Source: an uncultured Porphyromonadaceae bacterium (GTDB lineage: Bacteria > Bacteroidota > Bacteroidia > Bacteroidales > Muribaculaceae). Taken from it: a DNA stretch of 48,118 nt. Every line of letters starts with the position of its first letter. Position 1 is the stretch's first letter. A program made the translations under genes and the position numbers. Below the pieces are notes generated by a model. The model searched no databases and was not told the origin of the DNA. It was given only the letters and a program-made list of their open reading frames with translations. The stretch covers positions 1-48,118 of the forward strand of contig URZG01000001.1 of the NCBI GenBank assembly GCA_900552325.1, read 5' to 3'. Positions 1 to 8,173 of this stretch are shown piece by piece.

Positions 1-83
1 AATGGCATGATCTTATCAAACTGTAGGGACGCTCCGTGGAGCGTCCCTACAGTAAAACCCGTTTTAGGCAATTTTGACACACC
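1..83. mobile_element. MITE with single REP palindrome core (left end cut by window)
   Basis: Palindrome CTGTAGGGACGCTCC-GT-GGAGCGTCCCTACAG at 21-52, followed by AGGCAATTTTGACACACC; same flanks as the copies at 4827, 7331 and 44421. Confidence 0.75.
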
Positions 84-110
84 AACATACCGTCAGGTAT
101 CTGACGGGGA

Positions 111-1049
111 TCAGTTCTCCTCAAAGCTCTGGAACCACTCCAGCTGCGAGGGAACGGCAGCGGGAGCCTCGGCGCCATATTCCTCGCCGTGCTGCGAGAC
201 GTCAAGCCCCTCGCGTTCGTTCTGGCGCGACACACGCATCGGCACGATACGGTCGGTGAGCCAGTAAAGGAGATAACTCATGCCGAAGGTATAGACGAAC
301 ACCCCGGCGAGCACCAGCACATGATTGAAGAAGAACTCCCCGCGGGAGATCATCGCCGGATCCTGCGCGGCAAAATAATCGTAGGCGAAAATACCGGTCA
401 GAAGGGTGCCCAGTATACCGCCGAGGCCGTGGGTGGGGAACACATCGAGAGCGTCGTCGAGCACGCGGCTGTACCCTTTCCAGCACACCGCCATGTTGCA
501 GCACACAGTGATGAAGATGGAGATGAATATACTCTGCCCGACGGTCACCCAGCAGGCACAGGGGGTGATGATGGCGAATTTCATCTGGAAGAGGGCGAAC
601 AGCGCAAGGGGGATAGTAGTGGTCGCCAGGCCGATCTGCGAGGTCTCGGCGGCGGGATCGGTGACATTGGTCACCCCTACCCCGTTCATCATGAAAAAGT
701 CAAGAGGGTTGCCGATCACATGGCCTATATCGTTGCCGAAGGCCAGCGAGAAGCCGAACACCACCCATATCACGCTCACGAAACCCATCACGATGAAGCT
801 CTGGAGCATGGTGGAGATCACATTTTTTGGGCGAACCATGCCGCCGTAGAAGAACGACAGCCCCGGAGTCATCATCAACACAAAAATTGTGGCCGTGATC
901 ATCCAGGCTATGTTAGCCCAAAGATGGTCGCCGGCCAGGTCGAAGTTTCCGGAGGAGGAACCGGTGCGGAGCCCGAAGGCGCCCGTCACCAAAAACGCGA
1001 GCAGCACCAGGAACCACCCGGTACTGAATTTGCGTTTTAAAATAGTCAT
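111..1049 (-). pseudogene. amtB: Ammonium transporter AmtB with a large in-frame internal deletion
   Basis: MTPGLSFFYGGMVR, FQMKFAIITP and DDALDVFPTHGLGG motifs present; FAIITP runs directly into CACWV, the DFAGG..VH region is absent; only 312 aa. Confidence 0.75.
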
Positions 1050-1092
1050 ACCTTAGAAAGAATTAAGAAACCTAAAATTTTAAAAACGCCAA

Positions 1093-1100
1093 CAAAATTA
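1093..1100 (-). promoter_or_regulatory. Bacteroidetes sigma-A -7 element for amtB
   Basis: TAATTTTG on minus strand about 45 bp upstream of the amtB start. Confidence 0.55.
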
Positions 1101-1240
1101 GCCAAACGCCACCGAACCGGCAATTTTTTTAACATTTTATTTTCGGCACACGTCGAAAACCAAAATAACGTCATAAGTGCCGGATGGCTGCTCCGCCCCC
1201 TAACCTCCTACCTCCAACTTTTAATAAGGTTGCCATCAGA

Positions 1241-1322
1241 ATAGGAAAGCAGGTTTTCAACCTGCGGTCACCGATAAGCGATGGGCAAACGATAACCGCA
1301 GGTTGAAAACCTGCTTTCCTAT
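1241..1322. repeat. REPIN-like inverted repeat (second REP family)
   Basis: Perfect 28-bp inverted arms 1241-1268 / 1295-1322 (ATAGGAAAGCAGGTTTTCAACCTGCGGT), each with internal hairpin GCAGGTT-TTC-AACCTGC. Confidence 0.75.
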
Positions 1323-1323
1323 C

Positions 1324-1351
1324 GCGGACGCTCCGCGGAGCGTCGCTACAG
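1324..1351 (-). repeat. Single GTAG-type REP
   Basis: Minus strand reads CTGTAGCGACGCTCCGCGGAGCGTCCGC, same family as the REPs at 21, 4827, 7364 and 44453. Confidence 0.75.
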
Positions 1352-1356
1352 GGGAA

Positions 1357-2748
1357 TCAGAATTCGGCGGACTTGGGTGTGCGGGGGAAGGGGATGACGT
1401 CGCGGATGTTGGTCATGCCCGTCACGAAGAGCACAAGGCGCTCGAAACCGAGGCCGAAGCCCGAGTGGGGCACGGTGCCGAAGCGGCGGGTGTCGAGGTA
1501 CCACCACATATCCTTCATGGGGATGTTGAGTTCCTCGATGCGGGTCATGAGCTTGTCGTAGTTCTCCTCGCGCTCGGAACCGCCGATGATCTCGCCGATA
1601 GCGGGGAAGAGAACGTCCATTGCGCGCACGGTGCGGCCGTCGTCGTTCTGCTTCATGTAGAAGGCCTTGATCTCCTTGGGGTAGCCGGTGAGGATCACCG
1701 GGCGCTTGAAATGCTTCTCCACGAGATAGCGTTCGTGCTCGCTCTGAAGATCTACACCCCATTTGACGGGGAATTCAAACTTGTGGCCCGACTTCTCGAG
1801 GATCTCTATACCCTCGGTGTAGGTAAGGCGTACGAACTGCTCCTTCACCACGTGCTCCAGGCGCTCCACAAGCCCCTTGTCGTAGTGTTCGGCAAGGAAT
1901 TCTATGTCATCGCGGCAATTCTCCAGGGCGTAGGAGATGCAGTATTTGAGGAAATCCTCAGCCAGATCCATGTTCTCATCGATGTCGATGAACGCAACCT
2001 CAGGCTCGATCATCCAGAACTCGGCCAGGTGGCGCGGAGTATTGGAGTTCTCGGCACGGAACGTGGGGCCGAAAGTATAGATCGCGCCGAGGGCGGTTGC
2101 TCCCAGCTCACCTTCGAGCTGGCCGCTGACAGTCAGGGCAGTAGGCTTGCCGAAGAAATCGGCCGAATAGTCCACCGAGCCGTCGGGGAGCTTCTCGATG
2201 TTCTTCAGGTCCATAGTGGTGACCTGGAACATGGCACCGGCACCCTCGCAGTCACTGCCGGTGATGAGCGGCGTGTTGAGGTAATAGAAACCGCGTTCCT
2301 GGAAATAGCGGTGTATTGCGTAGGCCAGCGTCGAACGCACGCGGAGCACGGCACCGAAAGTGTTGGTGCGCGGACGCAGGTGGGCTATCTCGCGGAGAAA
2401 CTCCAGTGTGTGTCCTTTCTTCTGCAGCGGGTAGGTCTCGGGATCGGCAGTACCGTAGACCTCCAGAGTACGCGCCTGCACCTCCACAGTCTGCCCTTTG
2501 CCCTGGCTCTCCACCAGGAGACCGTTGACACACAGCGCCGACCCGGTAGTGACAGCCTTGAGCTGCTCGTCGGAGAACTGCTGCATATCGAACACAATCT
2601 GTAGGTTACGGATAGTAGAGCCATCGTTGAGCGCCACGAACTGCACGTATTTGTTACCGCGGCGGGTGCGCACCCAGCCTTTTACGCAGACCTCCTGCCC
2701 CACGAGGGAGGCATCTTTGAGAAGGTCGACAATTTTAGTACGTTTCAT
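1357..2748 (-). CDS. asnS: Asparagine--tRNA ligase
   Basis: OB-fold N-terminus, [43 protein letters not shown] class II aaRS motifs. Confidence 0.98.
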   Translation of the reverse strand: MKRTKIVDLLKDASLVGQEVCVKGWVRTRRGNKYVQFVALNDGSTIRNLQIVFDMQQFSDEQLKAVTTGSALCVNGLLVESQGKGQTVEVQARTLEVYGTADPETYPLQKKGHTLEFLREIAHLRPRTNTFGAVLRVRSTLAYAIHRYFQERGFYYLNTPLITGSDCEGAGAMFQVTTMDLKNIEKLPDGSVDYSADFFGKPTALTVSGQLEGELGATALGAIYTFGPTFRAENSNTPRHLAEFWMIEPEVAFIDIDENMDLAEDFLKYCISYALENCRDDIEFLAEHYDKGLVERLEHVVKEQFVRLTYTEGIEILEKSGHKFEFPVKWGVDLQSEHERYLVEKHFKRPVILTGYPKEIKAFYMKQNDDGRTVRAMDVLFPAIGEIIGGSEREENYDKLMTRIEELNIPMKDMWWYLDTRRFGTVPHSGFGLGFERLVLFVTGMTNIRDVIPFPRTPKSAEF

Positions 2749-2943
2749 TTATCGTGATTGGTAGAATAGCGTTGCGGAAAATTTTTTGATTATCCCGGAT
2801 GCGATTTCGGCGGAAAACGGAGTGATAACCAGAAAAATTTTTGAGATGTTTTTTCGCCGTTCCGGTATGGGGCATGAGGGAGCGTACGGCGGTACGAGAC
2901 CGAATCCACGTACCGGAACGGCAAAAAACAGCCGAAAATTTAA

Positions 2944-4473
2944 TTACTCGAAGGAGCCCATTTTAAGGAAGTTGACCTCCTCCTGGGTAAGATAGCGCCA
3001 GCGGCCGCGGGGAAGGTTCTTCTTGGTGAGACCGGCGAAGTACACGCGGTCGAGCTTGGTCACATGGTAGCCCAGCGACTCGAAGATGCGGCGCACGATG
3101 CGGTTGCGTCCCGAGTGGATCTCGATGCCGGCCTGATTGCGGTCGGTGTCGGTGGCGTAGGAGATGGCGTCGGCGTGGATCTCGCCGTCCTCCAGCTCTA
3201 TGCCGTCAGCGATGCGCTGCATATCCTCTTCGGCGATATCCTTGTCGGTCCACACGTGGTAGATCTTCTTCTTCACATATTTGGGGTGAGTGAGCTTCGA
3301 GGCGAGGTCGCCGTCGTTGGTGAGCAGAAGTACGCCGGTGGTGTTGCGGTCGAGGCGTCCTACAGGGTAGATACGCTCCTCGCAGGCACCCTTGACGAGA
3401 TCAAGCACGGTGGTGCGGCCGTTGGGATCGTCGGAGGTGGTCACGCAGTCCTTGGGCTTGTTCAGAAGGATGTAGCACTTGCTTTCGAGAGCCACGGCCT
3501 TGTCGTTGAACTCTACGGTGTCGGAGTGCGAGATCTTTGTGCCGAGTTCGGTCACGACCTGTCCGTTGACCTTTACGAGCCCCTGCTGGATGAACTCGTC
3601 GGCCTCGCGGCGCGAGCACAGGCCGGCGTTGGCCATGAACTTGTTCAGACGGATCTGCTCATTGGGATCGGGCAGCGGCATCTCGTATTCGATGCGTTTG
3701 GGACGGGGAGTGAACGTCTTGCCCTGGCGCACGGGACCGCGGTTGTTGTTGTAGCGGTTGTTGCCGTAGCGGTTATTGTTGTTGTAGCCGCCCTGACGGT
3801 TGTTGTTATAGCCACCCTGGCGGTTGTTGTTATAGCCACCCTGACGGTTGTTGTTGTAGCCGCCCTGACGGTTGTTGTTGTAACCGCCCTGCTGACGGTT
3901 GTTGTTGTAGCCACCCTGGCGGTTGTTGTTGTAGCCGCCCTGACGGTTGTTGTTGTAACCGCCCTGACGGTTGTTGTTGTAACCGTAGTTGTTCTGACGG
4001 TTGTTGTTGTAACCGCCCTGCTGACGGTTGTTGTTGTAGCCGTAGTTGTTCTGACGGGGCTGATAGGTGTTGCCTTCGGTAGCGGTGCCTTCAGCCGCAG
4101 CAGAGGTTTCGGCTCCTTCGGGACGCTGGTAGCCTTCGGGGCGCTGATAGTTGTTGGGGCGCTGATAGTTGTTTGAACGCTGCTGGTAACCGCCCTGACG
4201 GTTGTTGTTGTAGCCGCCCTGACGGTTGTTGTAGCCATAGTTGTTCTGACGGGGCTGATAGCCACCCTGACGGTTATTGTTGTAACCGCCCTGACGGGGC
4301 TGGTATCCGCCCTGGGAGTAACCGCCGTTGGCATTGGCGTCGGCACCTTCAGAGTGCTGGCCGGCGGCGTAAGAGTTCTTCTCGTAATGGTTGTCGGCGC
4401 TTTGGGCGTCGCTGAGGCCGGGCATCGACTGGATGCGCGGACGTTTCGGTTTTTTAGCTTCGTTAGCTTCCAT
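2944..4473 (-). CDS. rluB: rRNA pseudouridine synthase (RluB/RsuA family) with long G/Y/N/Q/R low-complexity N-terminus
   Basis: S4 domain IRLNKFMANAGLCSRREAD, LLNKPK, VGRLDRNTTGVLLLTNDG, GRNRIVRR. Confidence 0.9.
   Translation of the reverse strand: MEANEAKKPKRPRIQSMPGLSDAQSADNHYEKNSYAAGQHSEGADANANGGYSQGGYQPRQGGYNNNRQGGYQPRQNNYGYNNRQGGYNNNRQGGYQQRSNNYQRPNNYQRPEGYQRPEGAETSAAAEGTATEGNTYQPRQNNYGYNNNRQQGGYNNNRQNNYGYNNNRQGGYNNNRQGGYNNNRQGGYNNNRQQGGYNNNRQGGYNNNRQGGYNNNRQGGYNNNRQGGYNNNNRYGNNRYNNNRGPVRQGKTFTPRPKRIEYEMPLPDPNEQIRLNKFMANAGLCSRREADEFIQQGLVKVNGQVVTELGTKISHSDTVEFNDKAVALESKCYILLNKPKDCVTTSDDPNGRTTVLDLVKGACEERIYPVGRLDRNTTGVLLLTNDGDLASKLTHPKYVKKKIYHVWTDKDIAEEDMQRIADGIELEDGEIHADAISYATDTDRNQAGIEIHSGRNRIVRRIFESLGYHVTKLDRVYFAGLTKKNLPRGRWRYLTQEEVNFLKMGSFE
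3770..4053 (-). repeat. Coding tandem repeat (about 24-bp unit) encoding GGYNNNRQ
   Basis: Repeated gccgccctgacggttgttgttgta units on plus strand; protein shows repeated GGYNNNRQ. Confidence 0.9.
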
Positions 4474-4717
4474 GATTTAAGTGTTTTAAGAAACCAAGTG
4501 TCACCGGTAAAGCCTCGCGGCTTTTTTTATTCTTCGTAATTCCTAATTGACAGTTGGGTTAATGCTTTGGGTGAAAAATTTTTTTAAATAAAATTAGTTG
4601 TTAAATAGTTGGGATTTATTGATTGGCAGCCGGTTAGGCGGCTGAAAGCCTTCAAAGGGAGGAAAGCGGCCGAATCCTGAATCGCTTCCGGAAACAGATC
4701 GCCTTGATTTTAAAACA

Positions 4718-4749
4718 CAAAAGTAGGTACTTTTATCCGGTTTTTCAAA
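4718..4749 (-). promoter_or_regulatory. Sigma-A promoter for rluB-asnS
   Basis: TTTG (4746-4749), 20-nt spacer, TACTTTTG (4718-4725) on minus strand. Confidence 0.6.
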
Positions 4750-4778
4750 TTTTTTTTCACTTTGAGTCAAAAAATCGC

Positions 4779-4786
4779 TAATTTTG
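4779..4786 (+). promoter_or_regulatory. -7 element for the 4Fe-4S/thyA/folA operon
   Basis: TAATTTTG followed by CA, divergent from the rluB promoter. Confidence 0.5.
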
Positions 4787-4826
4787 CACTGACGAGGGGG
4801 TGTGACGACAGCCCGGAACCGGCACA

Positions 4827-4942
4827 CTGTAGGGACGCTCCGCGGAGCGTCCGCGAACAGACCGTGATCAGCAGGTGTTTATGCGGACGCTCCACGGAGC
4901 GTCCCTACAGCAAAAATCGTTTTAGGCGATTTTGATTCACCC
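4827..4942. mobile_element. REPIN-containing MITE (degenerate left end)
   Basis: Two inverted GTAG REPs 4827-4910 around a spacer, then CAAAAATCGTTTTAGGCGATTTTGATTCACCC right end. Confidence 0.75.
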
Positions 4943-4978
4943 ACCTGCAACGGAGACAGACAACCCTCCCCGAACGAG

Positions 4979-6514
4979 ATGGCAGACAAAAGCACATACC
5001 GCACTTCGAAGCGTCCGCTCAATGCCGGGCGCGCCCTCCGCTACGGCCGCATCGCAGCCGCGGCGGTGATGCTTGCCGCCGTTACCGTGCTGCTGACAGC
5101 CTCGGGAGCCTCCGTAGCGCTGGCGCTCGGATGGACCGCGAGGATCCAGATCGTACCGATGGCTATGGCCGGAGCCATAGCCGGACTTGTGGCGCAGGTT
5201 CTCGCTGCGGTGGTCTTCGGTCGCATCTACTGCTCGACGGTATGCCCTCTCGGCACCGTGCAGGATATCGCCGCACGGCTGCCGCGCATGGACAAAAACC
5301 GGTGGAAACACCCCTGGCGCCATACCGCCCCCCGCACGACGCTGCGACTGGGTACCCTCGCCGTAACTGCCGTTGCGGCAGTCTGTTCGGTGTCGGTAAT
5401 CCCGTCGCTGCTTGACCCCTACAGCACCTACGCCCGTTTCGCTTCGGAATGGCTGCGCCCCGTGGTAGCTGCCTTCGGCGGCGAGGAGGCTCTGATGGCC
5501 TCGGGCCTCGCCGCAATAGTGGCTGTTGCGGTTATGGGCGCGGTAACGGCCGTGGCGTGGCGCGGCGGCCGCACCGTGTGCAACACCGTGTGCCCGGCGG
5601 GCACTTTCCTGGGACTGTTCTCGCGCTACTCGCTGCTGCACATCGACATAGACACCGACCTCTGCATAAACTGCCGCAAATGCGAACATGTGTGCAAAGG
5701 GCACTGCATAGACCTCGACGACCACACCGTCGACGGCTCGCGGTGCGTGATGTGTTTCGACTGCACCGCCGTCTGCCCCGAAAGCGCCATAACCTACACA
5801 ACCCGGCGCAAACGCCTGTCGCTGCCCATGATGCAACGGGTCGATGCGGGAGCCGCGGCCACCGCCTCACAGGTTGCGGAAGAACCGGCGCCTCAGGCAT
5901 CCTCCCCGGCGCAGCCGGTGAAGATCTCGCGCCGCGGCTTCATGGCCACAGGGCTGATACTTGCCTCGGCGCCTTTCGTGGCCCGGGCGGAGAAGGTGCT
6001 CGGCGCCATCGGCGATCTCCCCGACGACGACAGCACCCGCTGGCCCATAGCGCCCCCCGGACGCCGCACCCTCTCCACATTCCATCAGAAATGCACCGCC
6101 TGCGGGCTGTGCGTGAGCCACTGCCCGGGCCATGTGCTGCGCCCCGCCGCGGGCGAATACGGCTGGCGCCACACCATGCAGCCGCTCCTCGACTACGACC
6201 GCGGGCGCTGCCTCTACGACTGCACTCTCTGCACCACCCTCTGCCCCACAGGCGCCCTGGAACCGCTGACGGTGGAGGAAAAGCATATCTTCATCATCGG
6301 CCACGCCTATGCCGACCCGCAGCTCTGCGTGGGGTGCGGCGCCTGCGCCTGGTCGTGCCCGCGCCAAGTGATCAAGATGACTACAACCGAAGGGCGGCGC
6401 CGTCCTCTGGCCGTAGTGGGCGACCACGGGTGCATAGGCTGCGGCGCCTGTCAGGATGTATGTCCGGTAAAACCGGTGAAGGCCATCCGCGTCAGCGGCA
6501 TAAAACCAGAATAA
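4979..6514 (+). CDS. Membrane 4Fe-4S dicluster protein (NapH/YccM-like plus NapF-like polyferredoxin)
   Basis: TM helices with GRIYCSTVCPLG, multiple CxxCxxCxxxCP motifs, internal SRRGFM motif. Confidence 0.85.
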   Translation: MADKSTYRTSKRPLNAGRALRYGRIAAAAVMLAAVTVLLTASGASVALALGWTARIQIVPMAMAGAIAGLVAQVLAAVVFGRIYCSTVCPLGTVQDIAARLPRMDKNRWKHPWRHTAPRTTLRLGTLAVTAVAAVCSVSVIPSLLDPYSTYARFASEWLRPVVAAFGGEEALMASGLAAIVAVAVMGAVTAVAWRGGRTVCNTVCPAGTFLGLFSRYSLLHIDIDTDLCINCRKCEHVCKGHCIDLDDHTVDGSRCVMCFDCTAVCPESAITYTTRRKRLSLPMMQRVDAGAAATASQVAEEPAPQASSPAQPVKISRRGFMATGLILASAPFVARAEKVLGAIGDLPDDDSTRWPIAPPGRRTLSTFHQKCTACGLCVSHCPGHVLRPAAGEYGWRHTMQPLLDYDRGRCLYDCTLCTTLCPTGALEPLTVEEKHIFIIGHAYADPQLCVGCGACAWSCPRQVIKMTTTEGRRRPLAVVGDHGCIGCGACQDVCPVKPVKAIRVSGIKPE

Positions 6515-6526
6515 TCTCTTTGCGAC

Positions 6527-7321
6527 ATGAAACAATACCTTGACCTCCTGCAGCATATCCTCGACAACGGGGTGGAGAAACACGACCGCACCGGCACCGG
6601 CACCCGCTCGGTGTTCGGCTACCAGATGCGGTTCGACCTGGCCGACGGCTTCCCCCTGCTGACCACCAAAAAGCTGCACCTCAAGTCGATAATATATGAG
6701 TTGCTGTGGTTTCTCAAAGGTGACACCAACGCCCGCTTCCTCCAGAAAAACGGAGTGAGGATATGGAACGAATGGGCCGACCCCGACGGCAACTTAGGCC
6801 ATATCTACGGCTACCAGTGGCGCTCGTGGCCGGGCTACGACGGCTCGTTCATCGACCAGATCGCCGAGGCCGTGGAGACGATAAAGCACAACCCCGACTC
6901 CCGCCGTATAATTGTGAGCGCGTGGAACGTGGCAGACCTGAAGAACATGAATCTGCCACCCTGCCACGCCCTGTTCCAGTTCTATGTGGCCGCCGGGCGC
7001 CTCTCGCTTCAGCTCTACCAGCGGAGCGCCGACTGCTTCTTAGGTGTACCGTTCAATATCGCCTCCTATGCGCTGCTGCTCATGATGACGGCACAGGCCT
7101 GCGGGCTGCAGCCCGGCGAGTTTATCCACACCCTGGGCGACGCTCACCTCTATAACGACCACCTCGACCAGGCGCGTCTGCAGCTCACCCGCGAGCCGAG
7201 GCCGCTGCCGCGGATGCGCATCAACCCCGAGGTGACCGACCTCCTCGGCTTCCGCTACGAGGATTTCACCCTCGAGGGGTATGACCCCCACCCGCATATC
7301 GCCGCAAAAGTCTCCGTGTGA
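6527..7321 (+). CDS. thyA: Thymidylate synthase
   Basis: [35 protein letters not shown]; 264 aa. Confidence 0.98.
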   Translation: MKQYLDLLQHILDNGVEKHDRTGTGTRSVFGYQMRFDLADGFPLLTTKKLHLKSIIYELLWFLKGDTNARFLQKNGVRIWNEWADPDGNLGHIYGYQWRSWPGYDGSFIDQIAEAVETIKHNPDSRRIIVSAWNVADLKNMNLPPCHALFQFYVAAGRLSLQLYQRSADCFLGVPFNIASYALLLMMTAQACGLQPGEFIHTLGDAHLYNDHLDQARLQLTREPRPLPRMRINPEVTDLLGFRYEDFTLEGYDPHPHIAAKVSV

Positions 7322-7330
7322 CGCTGCAGT

Positions 7331-7479
7331 GGAATGTATCAAAATTGCCTATAACGGCTTTTGCTGTAGGGACGCTCCGTGGAGCGTCCGCACAAATACC
7401 TGCAAATCTCGGTCTGTCCGCGGACGCTCCACGGAGCGTCCCTACAGTGTGATAAGATCAGGCAATTCTGATACATCCT
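7331..7479. mobile_element. Complete MITE with REPIN core between thyA and folA
   Basis: Terminal inverted repeats GGAATGTATCAAAATTGCCT (7331-7350) / AGGCAATTCTGATACATCC (7460-7478) enclosing inverted REPs at 7364-7447. Confidence 0.8.
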
Positions 7480-7519
7480 CGTCCCGGAAATAAAAAATGA
7501 ATCTCACCTTTTATAATAT

Positions 7520-8011
7520 ATGATAAAGATTATCGCCGCCGTCGGACGTGACGGCGCCATCGGTCGCCGGGGCGACCTGGCATTCCACATATCGGCCGAC
7601 CTGCGCCGTTTCAAGGCCCTGACCACCGGCCACACAGTGGTGATGGGGCGGCGCACTTTCGAGTCGCTTCCCAAAGGGGCACTGCCGAACCGCCGCAACA
7701 TCGTGGTGACACGCAACCCGCAGTTCTCGGCTCCGGGCGTGGAGACGGCCTCATCGCTACAGAACGCCATCGACATGGCCGCGGCATCCGACGGCGACAC
7801 CTTCATCATCGGCGGAGGCGAGATCTACGCCCGGGCGTTGCCTCATGCCGCGGAACTGCTGCTGACCGAGGTCGACGCCGACTGTCCCGGAGCCGACACC
7901 TTTTTCCCCGCGGTATCGCCCGAAGAATGGGAGGAGACCGACGGCACCGGTTACGAAACCGACGCCAAAAGCGGATTGAGTTACCGGTTCGTTTGTTTTT
8001 GTCGCAAATAA
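7520..8011 (+). CDS. folA: Dihydrofolate reductase
   Basis: IIAAV..DGAIG, DLRRFKALTTGHTVVMGRRTFES, LPNRRNIV, IIGGGEIY, DTFFP. Confidence 0.97.
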   Translation: MIKIIAAVGRDGAIGRRGDLAFHISADLRRFKALTTGHTVVMGRRTFESLPKGALPNRRNIVVTRNPQFSAPGVETASSLQNAIDMAAASDGDTFIIGGGEIYARALPHAAELLLTEVDADCPGADTFFPAVSPEEWEETDGTGYETDAKSGLSYRFVCFCRK

Positions 8012-8023
8012 TCGTTAACTTTG
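7992..8023 (+). promoter_or_regulatory. Sigma-A promoter for tRNA-Arg
   Basis: TTTG (7992-7995), 20-nt spacer, TAACTTTG (8016-8023). Confidence 0.65.
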
Positions 8024-8046
8024 CACCTGCCTGAAGAAATAGGCAT

Positions 8047-8118
8047 GCCCTGGTAGTTCAACGGATAGAATAGATGTTTCCTAAACATTTGATAGCAGTT
8101 CGATTCTGCTCCGGGGTA
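8047..8118 (+). tRNA. tRNA-Arg(CCT)
   Basis: Acceptor GCCCTGG/CCGGGGT, anticodon arm GATGT-TTCCTAA-ACATT, T arm AGCAG-TTCGATT-CTGCT. Confidence 0.93.
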
Positions 8119-8173
8119 CTATGATAACAGCGCCCTGCCCCGAGGGCGCTTCGTGTATATTCAAAAGCCGGTT

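Noticed and set aside
1303..4176. Long plus-strand ORFs (433 aa, 370 aa) opposite asnS and rluB
   Set aside because: Antisense shadows of GC-rich genes.
5449..6543. 364-aa Arg/Pro-rich alternative-frame ORF
   Set aside because: Off-frame shadow within the 4Fe-4S gene.
21..7479. REP palindromes as a CRISPR array
   Set aside because: Copies are dispersed and inverted, without regular unique spacers; no cas genes.
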